Assembly (NCBI GenBank): GCA_009859145.1
Contig: VRVR01000031.1
Coordinates: 202,597-266,596 of the forward strand
Direction: 5' to 3'
Source: Andalucia godoyi And28
Taxonomy: Eukaryota > Protista > Jakobida
Length of the DNA: 64,000 nt
Part shown: positions 1 to 10,086 of the stretch, piece after piece
Layout: every line of letters begins with the position of its first letter
Position numbering within the stretch: the stretch's first letter is position 1
Position numbers and translations under genes: made by a program
The notes under the pieces: generated by a model
Told to the model about the DNA's origin: nothing
Seen by the model: only the letters and a program-made list of their open reading frames with translations
The model's database searches: none

Positions 1-401
1 CGCTTCACCGGCTTTTGAATCCCCGGAATGCGGATCATGGCTTCTGCAATCGACGGGAAGATATGGTCGGCCGTAGACTTTGTCGCATCCGATCCATAAA
101 GCTCCTTCACAATCGCACGCCGCGTCAGAGCAATCAATCTCTGGTAAGGAGTCGCGGACCCCTGCAGCCGCGTTACGCTCTTCATGTACTCATGGACCGA
201 GTCCGACAGATGCAGCAGCAAAAAGTACACATTCGCCGCATTCAAAATCGAATACTCCACATTCCGGTCGTTCGAAAATGGAAGAACAAGCAGCGCTGTC
301 CGCGGAACAAGAATATCGGACACTACTATATACGAATCTAGCGCGTACATCGGAAGCCGATTCTGCACCGCATTCGCAAACAGCGAAAGAACACTCGTCA
401 T
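1..401 (-). CDS. Hypothetical protein, truncated by the left window edge (not in ORF track)
   Basis: Hand-translated from ATG at 401: MTSVLSLFANAVQNRLPMYALDSY...AEAMIRIPGIQKPVK, no stop before base 1. No family recognised. Confidence 0.6.
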   Translation of the reverse strand, partial: MTSVLSLFANAVQNRLPMYALDSYIVVSDILVPRTALLVLPFSNDRNVEYSILNAANVYFLLLHLSDSVHEYMKSVTRLQGSATPYQRLIALTRRAIVKELYGSDATKSTADHIFPSIAEAMIRIPGIQKPVK

Positions 402-598
402 TATCCACCCTTTTTCTCAACCGCCTCTTTCCCTCCCCACCAAAAACAACAACAACAACAACAAGCAAACAATATCAAAGTACAACCTTTTCCGCAGTAA
501 TGAAAATTAATTAATTAATTATCAATAAAACACCCAAAGAAGCAGAGCAAAGGAGCCACAAAAACCCAACATTAAAGAAGGCCAAAAGACTGCGCGCG

Positions 599-635
599 TC
601 AAGTATCAAGTATCAAGTGTCAAGTATCAAGTGTC
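599..635. repeat. Heptamer tandem repeat (TCAAGTA/TCAAGTG) x5
   Basis: tcaagta tcaagta tcaagtg tcaagta tcaagtg tc, in a divergent intergenic region. Confidence 0.9.
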
Positions 636-892
636 TTTTTTTGTTGGTGTGCAGCAGACTACAGTCAGTCAAGCCTTTTTTTTTTGAATTGCGCGGATAA
701 AAGTGAAAAGGACGTTTCCGCGAGATTTTACGAATGATCAGCTGGGCGAAAGTGGATGATTTTTCTTAATTAAAAAAAGTATTTAATTTTTTCATTTTTT
801 AATTAAAAATTTCTTTTTGGTGGGGAATGGTTTCCGCGGTGAATTGTGCAAAAGGTTCAAAAAAAGGGGCCTAATAACAAGGAACAGCAAGG

Positions 893-2035
893 ATGAAGCT
901 GCGTTGCTCGGGGCCGCTATCCACGAGTGCGTCGTACAAGATTGCGGCGCTGATATTTATTTCGGTTCAGATTTTGTTTGCGGTTTACACACTGCTTTCT
1001 GCGCGAGCACTGTCTGGCTCAAGCTCTTTTCATCCATTGTTCTTCATTGTGCTGCGGGGACTGTTTGCGACACCGCCGATGATGCTGCTTGCGTATCTTG
1101 CGGATCGGCATGTGCCTCGATCGTGGAGCAGCTTGAAGGGGCCGTCTATGCTTGGGATCCTTGGGTTCGGGTTTTCTCAAACGACGTATGTGTATGCGAT
1201 CATGTGGTCTTCTGCACTCACGGCCTCCTTGTTCCAACAGCTGATTCCGATCGTCACGACGATCACGTCGGTTATTCGAAAACAAGAGACGATGAGCCTG
1301 CGCAAGGGACTCGGAGTCGCGACGTCCTTCATCGGATGCTCTATTATCATTTTGAATCCGTTCGACGGCACGTTCAAGGCAGATATTGAACCCTGGGGTA
1401 TTGTTGCAATGGTCGTCAACATCACTTCGAACTCGGTGTACTTGTTCAAACTGAAAAAGGTCCTTGCGACTTCCGGTATACCGACGCTTACAGTGACTGC
1501 GATATCCTTCTTGTCGGGCCTCCTGTTTCTCACGCTCATTGCGCTTCCAGTTTTCTTGTTTATTGAGACGGACGTGGATGTGTGGAGACCGCTGAGAGAA
1601 CCAACGGCTTTGGGGATATTCACCGTGGTCTACGCTGGGCTGGTTTCTTCGTGTTTGTCATTCTCGATATCCAACATTGGAGTCAAGATGTCCGACCCGA
1701 TGTTTTCGGCGCTCTTCAATCCGCTGCAGCCGGTGTTTGTGGCGATCTTTGGCCTTTTGGTCTTTGGCGGAACACCGTCCATTGGGCAACTTGTCGGCGG
1801 ACCTTTGGTCCTTGGAGGACTGTCGCTCGTGCTCTATGAAAAGCGACGAGAGGCTCGTGCAAGGGATACTGTTCTGAAACTCAAGGAAGCAGGATCGATG
1901 CCAGACACAGATGAGCAGGAGATGAACGAGACAAGAATCGCAGATCGCTCGCTGTTGAACGACCAGGATGTCCCCGACTACGACGAACACGAACATCAGC
2001 ACGAGCACGAAGGCCAGGGCGAATGCGAATACTAG
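893..2035 (+). CDS. Drug/metabolite transporter (EamA/DMT, WAT1-like)
   Basis: 380 aa; about 10 hydrophobic helices in two repeats (SALTASLFQQLIPIVT; DPMFSALFNPLQPVFVAIFG); acidic tail. Confidence 0.85.
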   Translation: MKLRCSGPLSTSASYKIAALIFISVQILFAVYTLLSARALSGSSSFHPLFFIVLRGLFATPPMMLLAYLADRHVPRSWSSLKGPSMLGILGFGFSQTTYVYAIMWSSALTASLFQQLIPIVTTITSVIRKQETMSLRKGLGVATSFIGCSIIILNPFDGTFKADIEPWGIVAMVVNITSNSVYLFKLKKVLATSGIPTLTVTAISFLSGLLFLTLIALPVFLFIETDVDVWRPLREPTALGIFTVVYAGLVSSCLSFSISNIGVKMSDPMFSALFNPLQPVFVAIFGLLVFGGTPSIGQLVGGPLVLGGLSLVLYEKRREARARDTVLKLKEAGSMPDTDEQEMNETRIADRSLLNDQDVPDYDEHEHQHEHEGQGECEY

Positions 2036-2457
2036 GTGCACAGCAAAGTGTTCATGTAAGTTATTGTTGAAAAAAATGTCTTCTTATAGACGTCTGTACG
2101 CCTACGCTGCACACTATTTTGCAGTTTGTGATGCAAGTCCGTCGTCCGATTGCGGATCTTCTGTTGCATTCGCAGTGGCGCTCGACGCATTGTGCACACC
2201 ATTGGCGAACCTTTTCTACCGTTGCAATCTTTGGATTCGAGTGTATCTGAAGCACCAACACAAACGATGTAAATTCGAAAAGTGTCTTTCGATCCTACAT
2301 GAGGCAGTTTTAAGAAAGGTATACGTTGGTGTTTTTTTAAAATTCCGAGTCGATGGAAGATAAAATGAGAACAGAGAAGATGACCCGTCGCACATAACGT
2401 TACCGCAGCGCTTGCAGCAGCTGTGGGCGCATCGGGCCTGCACACCTCTGTGTCGCG

Positions 2458-2709
2458 ACGGCGGAGACAGCTTTGTGTATCAACGTTGAACATCAAACAG
2501 TACGATTTTCTAACCGCAGTCAACTTGAGAATTTCTTCGTTCTTCGCGTTTTTTCCTTTTCTTTTTATTATTTTCTGTTTTTTTATTTTTTATTTTTACT
2601 GTCGATCCCTCAAGCAGCACCCTTCACCAAAGACAGAAAAGCATCTCATGGCTCCGAAGAGGGACAGCCTAGCCGATGACCGATAGGTTTTTTGGCGAAC
2701 GGCGGAGAC
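2458..2709 (-). mobile_element. Element A: 230-nt insertion (2469-2698) between 11-bp direct repeats; homologous to element B; domain V/VI-like hairpins on minus strand
   Basis: ACGGCGGAGAC at 2458-2468 and 2699-2709; six colinear blocks shared with 35400-35810. Strand inferred from G-U pairs. Confidence 0.55.
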
Positions 2710-2856
2710 GACCACACTTCAGCAAAAGCAAGCGCGCTGCGTCACACCGCACGTAGATACTGCTGCCCATTTTTTGTTTTAGTCGACAGCTGTCAACTCA
2801 TCCGTGCTATCCCGCAGCGATCACGAACGCATCAAACGCGAGAATGTTGGAGCTGG

Positions 2857-2897
2857 ATAATAATGATAATGATGATAATGATGATAATGATGATAAT
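2857..2897. repeat. (ATAATG/ATG)n microsatellite
   Basis: Direct reading. Confidence 0.85.
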
Positions 2898-2962
2898 TGT
2901 TTTTTAAAAAAATAATTAAATAGAATTAATTCTTTTCTTTTTTGTTGGCGGTATCAATCTAG

Positions 2963-5641
2963 ATGAGCGCTGGGGCAGGCCCAGTTGTTGGGAAGCTTCA
3001 TCGCTTTGTTGAGCTGGTGTTTAAAGGAAAACGCGAGCTGGCGGTGTTCAAAGGATACGCATCGAAGCGAAAGTGCCTTGTGAGTCTTGCGGCTGGAGAC
3101 GAACTAGCAGTCGAGACTTCCAAACTGACGTTTGTCGTGCCATTTATTCCCAATACAGCAGTGCTTTCGCTCCAGGATTTCAAAGTCCAAACGGATAAAT
3201 TGCAGAAGCAGCTTGCGCTGAAGCCGCTGGACCAGTACGACGCATTGCACAGAGCGTTCGGTACAAGGGCGTTTTCGGCTTCGGATGCTGCATCCGTCTT
3301 GTTCAACCAAGGGCTTCCAGCCGATAGAAAGGACTCGACTCCCGTTTCGGGGGATGGTGCTGAGGCTAGTGGCTGTGGCGGCGGCGACGGAGATAGCACG
3401 CACGAGATCGTGGAGAATGCACAGGACAGCAATGTTCCAGCACGTGCGTTCATGGAAGCGTATGCAGTGCATCTGATGCTGCTTGACCAAGACGTGTTTT
3501 TCCGGCCGAAGCGAAGCAGCGATCGCGAGTCGTTGTTCCTTTGCCGATCGTCGGAAGATGTTCGCTTAGCGGTGCAGCGTTGCGCAGTGGCACAAGATCG
3601 CAAAGTTTTGAATCTTCTTTGTTGCTTGAGAATCTGTGGGCGACTGAAGGAGCTAGTGAAAGAAGGTGTGCTCCCGCTTGCGGATACTCCTGTTCCGTCC
3701 GAGGATATCCGGCGCGTTCTGTTGCACGAAATAGCCAAGAATCCAAGCAAGTACGGGCCGATGTTCAAGGATTCTGCAATGACATCGTGGAATCCGGACC
3801 TTGATCAGCACTTCTTGCACACTCTGCAGATGTACGCATTGTTCGGACATCTTGTACAACCTCATAACTTGCATGTCGCACTTCCGTCAACGCCCATCCG
3901 CGTGCCTTCGGTTTTGATGCGAGGAAAGGGCCACATGTCCGATTCATTTGACTACATTCAGCTTGCCGACTATCTGGACGATATGCGGCACATTCCAAAT
4001 GAGATACTTCGGCCGCTGCGACGGAGACCCGGTCCTCAGGATGCCCACAGACTGTGCGTTGATCTTGGCATTTTGGATGAAGTGCAAAACATGTCGCTCT
4101 TTCTTACTCCGTTGCAGTTGGATTTCATGAAACATCACGAGGATAGTGCCGGGGAATTGGTCGCTGGTGTTCCGTCGGTCGGCTCCACCCAGCATCTGGA
4201 TTACATCATGGGGTCACCCGACAAGCCGTATGACTGGGGTGATTTGGTAGCCTATGCTATTGACGACGCCAAGACAAGGGATGTTGACGATGCCGTATCC
4301 TTGCTGGAGGATGGTTCCATTGTTGTACATATTGCAGACCCTGGTAGGTTCTTCTCTGTGGCGAGTGAGTCTACTGACAAGGTCCACTCCATGGCGTTTG
4401 ACCGCATTACATCTGTTTACCTCCCTGAAAAGACAATTCCTATGCTGCCGTCGTCCCTTTCGGAAGGCTTGTTCTCGCTAGCGGCTGACCGTCCTTGTGC
4501 CGTTCTTTCGTTCTGCGCTCGCCTGTCTTCTGATGGCACCATTTTAGAGTCAAGAATTGTGCCGGCTGTCGTTCGTCGCATTGTCCGATTAACGTACGAA
4601 GGAGTGGACGGCCTGTTGGCGGCGTACCAGGGAGCTGCTGATGGAGCTGCGCCACATTCCGTCAGAGTACTGACTGCTCTTCACCGATTTTCCGTGGCGA
4701 GAGAACGGTTCAGGAAGGCAAGCGGTGCGATTGCAGTTGATCTTCCGCAGTGTGAATCCAGGGTCTCCTATGTCCAGACGTCTCCGAGCCGACGGGGTGA
4801 TCCGCAGGTTGTTTTGGATGTGCAGAGACCGTATCTCTCGAAATCGAAGAGTCTTGTGCAGGAAATGATGGTCCTGGCGGGAAGCATTGCCGCAGCATTC
4901 ACGTCGCAGTTTGCTGTTCCTGTTCCGTACCGTGTGCAAGCGCAACCGTTGCTGGATGCAGGCATATCAGCGGAATTGCATGCTGCCTCCGTCGCTTCTT
5001 TCTTGCCGGATCCTTCGAAAAACGTTTTGGGATACTCAGAAGCAGAGCTGCGCCACATTGTGTCTGGCTCGCAAATGGTCCGTAACATGACGGCAGCGAT
5101 CGTGCAAGTGGAGCCTGGTCCTCACGCTGGCCTTGGGCTTCCGGGATATGTACATGTCACGTCGCCAATCCGGCGATACGGAGACCTTGTTGTTCAGAGC
5201 CAGATCAAGTCGTTCTTGCGGAATGACACAACTGCGGGGCTTCCATTCTCCGCGGAGTCCATATCGCAGATCGTTTGCCCGCAGATGGACCGAGTTTCGC
5301 AATTAGCAACCCGACTGCAACGCGAGTCGGAGCGTTTCTGGCTGTGCTTCTACCTGGACCAGATGCTGCAGCAAGCGCGACAGAAGGGTGAGAAGTTCGT
5401 TTTGTGGGGACTCGTTACTTCGCTGGACGCATCCGATCAGCGAGGTATCTTCGGTGCAGACATCATGCTGCTGAGCCTTGGTATGCGCTGGCGGTTAGAT
5501 GTCCAAGAATCCGACGCGGTTGCTCCTGGCATGGTACTGCCTGTGGTTGTGAATGAGGTTTTTGCAGATCGCAGCTTTGTGCAACTCTCTCTTCTTCGCA
5601 CCCCTCCGTCGGCAACAACTCCCGTTGCACTATCTCCTTGA
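2963..5641 (+). CDS. RNB-domain 3'-5' exoribonuclease (RNase II/R family, Dss1-like)
   Basis: 892 aa; catalytic YAIDDAKTRDVDDAVS, VHIADP, TSVYLPEKTIPMLP, YVHVTSPIRRYGDL. Confidence 0.9.
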   Translation: MSAGAGPVVGKLHRFVELVFKGKRELAVFKGYASKRKCLVSLAAGDELAVETSKLTFVVPFIPNTAVLSLQDFKVQTDKLQKQLALKPLDQYDALHRAFGTRAFSASDAASVLFNQGLPADRKDSTPVSGDGAEASGCGGGDGDSTHEIVENAQDSNVPARAFMEAYAVHLMLLDQDVFFRPKRSSDRESLFLCRSSEDVRLAVQRCAVAQDRKVLNLLCCLRICGRLKELVKEGVLPLADTPVPSEDIRRVLLHEIAKNPSKYGPMFKDSAMTSWNPDLDQHFLHTLQMYALFGHLVQPHNLHVALPSTPIRVPSVLMRGKGHMSDSFDYIQLADYLDDMRHIPNEILRPLRRRPGPQDAHRLCVDLGILDEVQNMSLFLTPLQLDFMKHHEDSAGELVAGVPSVGSTQHLDYIMGSPDKPYDWGDLVAYAIDDAKTRDVDDAVSLLEDGSIVVHIADPGRFFSVASESTDKVHSMAFDRITSVYLPEKTIPMLPSSLSEGLFSLAADRPCAVLSFCARLSSDGTILESRIVPAVVRRIVRLTYEGVDGLLAAYQGAADGAAPHSVRVLTALHRFSVARERFRKASGAIAVDLPQCESRVSYVQTSPSRRGDPQVVLDVQRPYLSKSKSLVQEMMVLAGSIAAAFTSQFAVPVPYRVQAQPLLDAGISAELHAASVASFLPDPSKNVLGYSEAELRHIVSGSQMVRNMTAAIVQVEPGPHAGLGLPGYVHVTSPIRRYGDLVVQSQIKSFLRNDTTAGLPFSAESISQIVCPQMDRVSQLATRLQRESERFWLCFYLDQMLQQARQKGEKFVLWGLVTSLDASDQRGIFGADIMLLSLGMRWRLDVQESDAVAPGMVLPVVVNEVFADRSFVQLSLLRTPPSATTPVALSP

Positions 5642-5755
5642 TCGCTGCGCTATACATTTTCCATTTTCCCCACAGTCTATTTGTTGCTCATATTTACTGT
5701 ACAGAATGTATTCAAACTTGGAATAAAGCGACAACCGCTTTTTGCGTATTCTTCC

Positions 5756-7318
5756 TCACGCAATCCTTGAAAGAACAGCCTTGCGGATGGCTTCTTCGTT
5801 CACAGCCGAGGCATACTTCTTGTCTTCAGCGCTCTCTAAACGATCGCGAGCAAGTATGATCTCCTTCCATCGTTGCTCCCGAACCTCGCGAAGTAATTTC
5901 TCAGACGCAAATTTCTGTGCTTTCTGCGCCAGAATCCGCTGCTTGATCTCTGCTGCAATGTTCTCCTTCAGCATGTCTACCTGTTCAGAGTAATATTTTT
6001 GCTGAGCAGCCTTTGCTACGCGCTGATGAGCCTCACGTTCGCGTTCCTCAGCCTTCGTGATTGCCTTCTCAACCAACAAGCGTTCCTTTTCCAGACGGAG
6101 AATGTCGTGCCAGATGTTCTTGAACATTGTTTCCTCCTTTGACTTGCGGCGAATCATGACGGCCTTGGTCTCTCGTTCTTGCTCCACTTTGAACCTGTCT
6201 TCACGCAAATGATCCACTTTCTTTTGCAGCATCGCATTGCGAAGCGCAAGCTCCTCGTCAACCTTGGAACGCATCAAGATCATCTTCTGCACATCGGCGG
6301 TGATCTTGTCCAACTCCAAGTGAAATGGAGATGACTTCTGTTTACCCGCGCCGCTGGCCCTGGAAGAAGCAGATGCTGGCCGAGCGGACAACACGGCACG
6401 TCCACGAGCATCTGCTGTCTTTGGACGCTCGCCATTTCGTCCAAACGCTGCATGAGTACCAGCACCGCTGCCGCCGTGGGATGTCGCTGAGCCTCTCGAG
6501 TTCGAAGAAGGTTCCGCCACCTTTGGAGTCGGAAAGTGCTCCTCGGACGAATCGCTGGTTCCTGTTCCTGTTCCCCTCCTTGTCCTCGCCTCCTCTCCTT
6601 CCGATAGCAAGACGTGCGACTTAGAGGTAGCCGATTTCCTGCGATCTCTTTTGCGGTCATCTGAATCACTTTCCGACGACGAGCGCTCCTCCGAGTCCAT
6701 TGCTTCAAACTGGCTTTTGAACGCCATTGAGCCGGACGGCGCCTTATTCACTGCCGACTCTTCGGAGTCGCTGTCGAACCGCACGCGGTCATTTCGTGGA
6801 GAAGCTGGTACGTCGCTGCTGCTCGCGCTCGAATGCGGCTCAAGCCCAAGGTCTGCATTTTGACTTTTGAATCTTTGTTGCTTTTGTACAAGATCCATCA
6901 ACTCCTGGTGACCCTGATCCGAAGTCACATGCTGGTCTTTGCCCGCTTCTCTGCTCTCAGAAACAGCCTTTGCGTACTCAAGAACACCGTAAATTTCATA
7001 AATGATGTCAATCATTGCAAAGACAGTTTCTGGCTTCTTGTCGACGAGGTCCGACGCAGCAATATGCGGGAGCTTCGTCCCAATGACCTGGGCCACAGCA
7101 TCGATGACCTGCTGAGAATTCCACAAGTGATCCCGCCGCGACACAGGGGGTCTTACGATCGACGCAATTCGCACACCAATCATCTTTTCAAAAAGCACAA
7201 CAAACATCGAATCCGAACACGCATCCACAGAAGACACCGCTCGCGAAACACCCAGTTTATCCAGCAATTCATTCACTCGATTAATGTGAATAAGTTCGGA
7301 GGCTGAACTTCCCTTCAT
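5756..7318 (-). CDS. CEP95: Centrosomal protein CEP95-like
   Basis: First ATG 7318. N-terminal CDSMFVVLFEKMIG...NSQQVIDAV...LPHIAASDLV resembles the CEP95 N-terminal domain (recalled); C-terminal coiled coil. Confidence 0.65.
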   Translation of the reverse strand: MKGSSASELIHINRVNELLDKLGVSRAVSSVDACSDSMFVVLFEKMIGVRIASIVRPPVSRRDHLWNSQQVIDAVAQVIGTKLPHIAASDLVDKKPETVFAMIDIIYEIYGVLEYAKAVSESREAGKDQHVTSDQGHQELMDLVQKQQRFKSQNADLGLEPHSSASSSDVPASPRNDRVRFDSDSEESAVNKAPSGSMAFKSQFEAMDSEERSSSESDSDDRKRDRRKSATSKSHVLLSEGEEARTRRGTGTGTSDSSEEHFPTPKVAEPSSNSRGSATSHGGSGAGTHAAFGRNGERPKTADARGRAVLSARPASASSRASGAGKQKSSPFHLELDKITADVQKMILMRSKVDEELALRNAMLQKKVDHLREDRFKVEQERETKAVMIRRKSKEETMFKNIWHDILRLEKERLLVEKAITKAEEREREAHQRVAKAAQQKYYSEQVDMLKENIAAEIKQRILAQKAQKFASEKLLREVREQRWKEIILARDRLESAEDKKYASAVNEEAIRKAVLSRIA

Positions 7319-7844
7319 TTTCTCACCGTGCCTTTTCCTCCTCCTCCTCGCCCTATTTCTACAATCAGTTGAATACAAATAACAATAACAATAACAATGA
7401 TGATTATATAATCAATCAACAGCAGTTCAAAATTATATCCGTATATGAATGAAGGAAGAAAAAAAAAGAAAAAAAAATAATATCTAAGAAACCCAGAGTC
7501 GTCGTCAGCATAGTCAATCGTCGACATTGAGAACGGTTTCTGTTGTTTTGCCAAAAAAGGCACACATGCCTAAAGCAGAAAAGCGCCGATTTTTCCCAAT
7601 TCAGAAATGGTCCGGCAGAAAGAAGCGTTTTTTATTGTTGCGGGCTTTTTTTTGCAGAAGAAGGGGGGGGTTGTAGGTATCTGCTGTAGTTTCCCAGCTG
7701 CCGTAACGCTGCCTTTTTTGCGCGGGTCGCCTGCGCAGCACTGCTGAGGATTATGGTGACAGCAGGGAATTAATATTTGCGAATCACAGGGTGTGAGAGG
7801 GAGAGGAGGGGGGAAAGATAGAGAATAGGAAAGAAGACGGCAAG

Positions 7845-9884
7845 ATGGAGGTGATAGTGAATCCGTCGAATTTGGCGAGTCGGTTTGCGGAGATGGCGAA
7901 TGAGCCGAGTGTTCGATCGTCGTTTGTGCTTTTTTCAAAGATACTTGACTGTCATCCGCTTGATCGGTCTGTGTTTGTGCATCATTACCGGACCGTTCTT
8001 TCGAAATTGTGCAAAGGGGTATCGTGGCTTGATGTCGGCAGCCGCCAAAAGGAGTTTTCACAGCAGCTGTGGAGTGTTTTCAATCGAACCTCCAAGTTTT
8101 TCGACATTCTAGTTGAGCTGCAACGGATGAAAAACCGCGGGTTTGAGTTTCGGTTTGAGACGAAGCTGCTTCCTGAGCCTGCGCTGCTCGAGTTCAAGGT
8201 GGACACCAGAAGGCATTTTCTGGCCGAGTTTATGGAACCGGATGGATCGCACATCCTGGTCGGTGCTCTCGACTGCTTTGTCCTGGAGCTGCTTTACTAC
8301 ATCTCACAGCGCACTGTCTTTGCTCCGAACGGCAGCCGAAGACCCGAGGACAAGGTGTTTCCAATTGACATTTTGATGCTAGATGAAGTTGTTCGGCTGT
8401 ACGTAGTCATGTTTCCAGAGAATGTGAACCGACTTGTGTGTTTTGCAAACATGTTTCTGTTCCAGTTATCGCACTATATTCTTCCGCAAAAGAATCCAGC
8501 AGGACTGGCTACGCTGGATGTGTATCGGCTGCACCGTGTCCTGAAGGCCGGGAGATGCTTCTTGGTCGCGCTGCGCGGTGGCCCGCAAAATCGACATGCT
8601 GCAGCACTCAATGTCCATTCCCGAGGCGGTTCGTCGCGGGTCTTTCAGTCGTTTCTCGCCAGTTCATCATCATCGCCGTCGTCATCATCATCGTCGCTGT
8701 CTGCTGCAGAAAATGCGAGTCCAGGAAAGGGATCCTCGTCTGCATCGTCTGCATCCCCGACACCTCGAGTGGCACTCACAAATGTGTTTAAAGAACTGGA
8801 TCGTGATGTCTATCTGTGCGTCAAGTTTGTATTTTCGTGCTCGGATTTCACATGGGAGGATCGGTCGCTGCATTTTGTTTTCAACAATCTCCAGAACCAG
8901 GCGGTCAAGCTGTGGACCGAATGGGTGGGGCCAGCAATGGTGTGCGGCGAACGGAAACCGTGGAATGGAAAGCCGGTGTATGTCGTGGATGCTCCAGCAA
9001 AGTTTTTGATCCAGGATCGTTTCTGGAATTTTACAGGGCTCTTGCTGACGTACTTGTCCAAGATGCCCACGGGCATCATGAAGTGTGGCCGATCTGCGTC
9101 GCTGAAGCATGTTCAGCGCGTTCTGGATTTCATTCGCCAGATCGTCATTTTCAACGACGACGGGGTTCCATTCCTGAAGGTGTACGAATCGTTGCCTGTC
9201 CCGAAGGCTGTTGTCTGTTTTGACGAAGCGCTGCGAAAGGATTCCTGGCTGGATCGGTCCTTTACCGGTAGTCCAGGGGCGCTCTTTCACTCTGCGTATT
9301 TCCACGAGAGGCTGTTCAAGTTCTGTCTTGCCATCCGATCCTGCCCTGCACCCCATCCGATCTTTGAAGAGGACGATTCAGACGACGACGAAGACGGATC
9401 CATCAGCACGTCTGTTTCGCGCCGCATCGTTCGTCCAGTCAAGCGATTGTTCGTGTACGGTTCTATTGATGATGACAAGCGGAGAAAACGACGTGTTTTA
9501 GCATTGGACATTGTGCAGGCTTTTGGAGGCCTTCCACCGCAGTATTCTCTAAAGTCCGTTCGCTTGCCAGAAGACTCTGTAATGAAGAACGTTTACGCGG
9601 AAACGGATCCAGATGGCAGACTCACACGCGATGGAGCCTTGGATGTTCTGGATGGCAAAAAGATCTTCCCTCCGAACCTCCACCGGCGTTCTATGCTTCG
9701 CTCGCCGGTGCACCCGTTGGAAATCCCACGAAGCTTCGAGATCGCCTGGATCGTCAGTTTGACGGCAGTGCTTTACTCCAGGTTTGGTGTCAACATGCGA
9801 TTTCTCGCAGACCGCGATGTGCTTGCTCGCTATGTGTTTATGAGCTGCATGGCGTGCTTGCTTTACTTCATCTTTATTCGTTAA
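7845..9884 (+). CDS. SMPD4: Sphingomyelin phosphodiesterase 4 (nSMase3)-like membrane protein
   Basis: 679 aa; C-terminal IPRSFEIAWIV...VNMRFLAD followed by a terminal TM helix, as in SMPD4 family. Confidence 0.55.
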   Translation: MEVIVNPSNLASRFAEMANEPSVRSSFVLFSKILDCHPLDRSVFVHHYRTVLSKLCKGVSWLDVGSRQKEFSQQLWSVFNRTSKFFDILVELQRMKNRGFEFRFETKLLPEPALLEFKVDTRRHFLAEFMEPDGSHILVGALDCFVLELLYYISQRTVFAPNGSRRPEDKVFPIDILMLDEVVRLYVVMFPENVNRLVCFANMFLFQLSHYILPQKNPAGLATLDVYRLHRVLKAGRCFLVALRGGPQNRHAAALNVHSRGGSSRVFQSFLASSSSSPSSSSSSLSAAENASPGKGSSSASSASPTPRVALTNVFKELDRDVYLCVKFVFSCSDFTWEDRSLHFVFNNLQNQAVKLWTEWVGPAMVCGERKPWNGKPVYVVDAPAKFLIQDRFWNFTGLLLTYLSKMPTGIMKCGRSASLKHVQRVLDFIRQIVIFNDDGVPFLKVYESLPVPKAVVCFDEALRKDSWLDRSFTGSPGALFHSAYFHERLFKFCLAIRSCPAPHPIFEEDDSDDDEDGSISTSVSRRIVRPVKRLFVYGSIDDDKRRKRRVLALDIVQAFGGLPPQYSLKSVRLPEDSVMKNVYAETDPDGRLTRDGALDVLDGKKIFPPNLHRRSMLRSPVHPLEIPRSFEIAWIVSLTAVLYSRFGVNMRFLADRDVLARYVFMSCMACLLYFIFIR

Positions 9885-10086
9885 ATGCAGCTGCTTGATT
9901 CGCCAGTATAAAAATAAAATAAAATAATAATAATAATAATAAAAAGAGTCTCCTTCCTGTGGAACGAGCAAACTCCTCTCGACTTTCTTTTTTAAATGGA
10001 TGTCATCATGCTTGCTGCAGCATGTTCCGGCTCTGTATGTACATTCCCGACCCTCCTTTGGATTTGCGGGCATGGGCTCGAAATCT

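Noticed and set aside
2371-2381. ACAGAGAAGAT, matching the U6 snRNA ACAGAGA box
   Set aside because: Not followed by TAGCATGG or the U6 internal stem-loop; an isolated 11-mer is plausible by chance
2634-2670. Plus-strand U6-like reading of element A (ACAGAAAAG...CATGGCTCC)
   Set aside because: The AGC triad is absent (CTC in A, CGC in B); the minus-strand D5 fit is better
2648-2686. Micro-ORFs MAPKRDSLADDR (A) and MAPKKD.../DSLADDQ (B) as conserved peptides
   Set aside because: The two halves in B are in different frames with stops, and conservation extends into non-coding blocks. Not fully excluded; Ribo-seq would decide.
2742-2752. GTGCGGTGTGA (minus) as a group II 5' splice end for element A
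   Set aside because: Lies outside the flanking direct repeat, has no counterpart in B, and leaves no room for domain I
8688-9356. Many 60-280 aa ORFs antisense or frame-shifted within long genes
   Set aside because: Shadow ORFs expected in GC-rich coding DNA; no recognisable motifs
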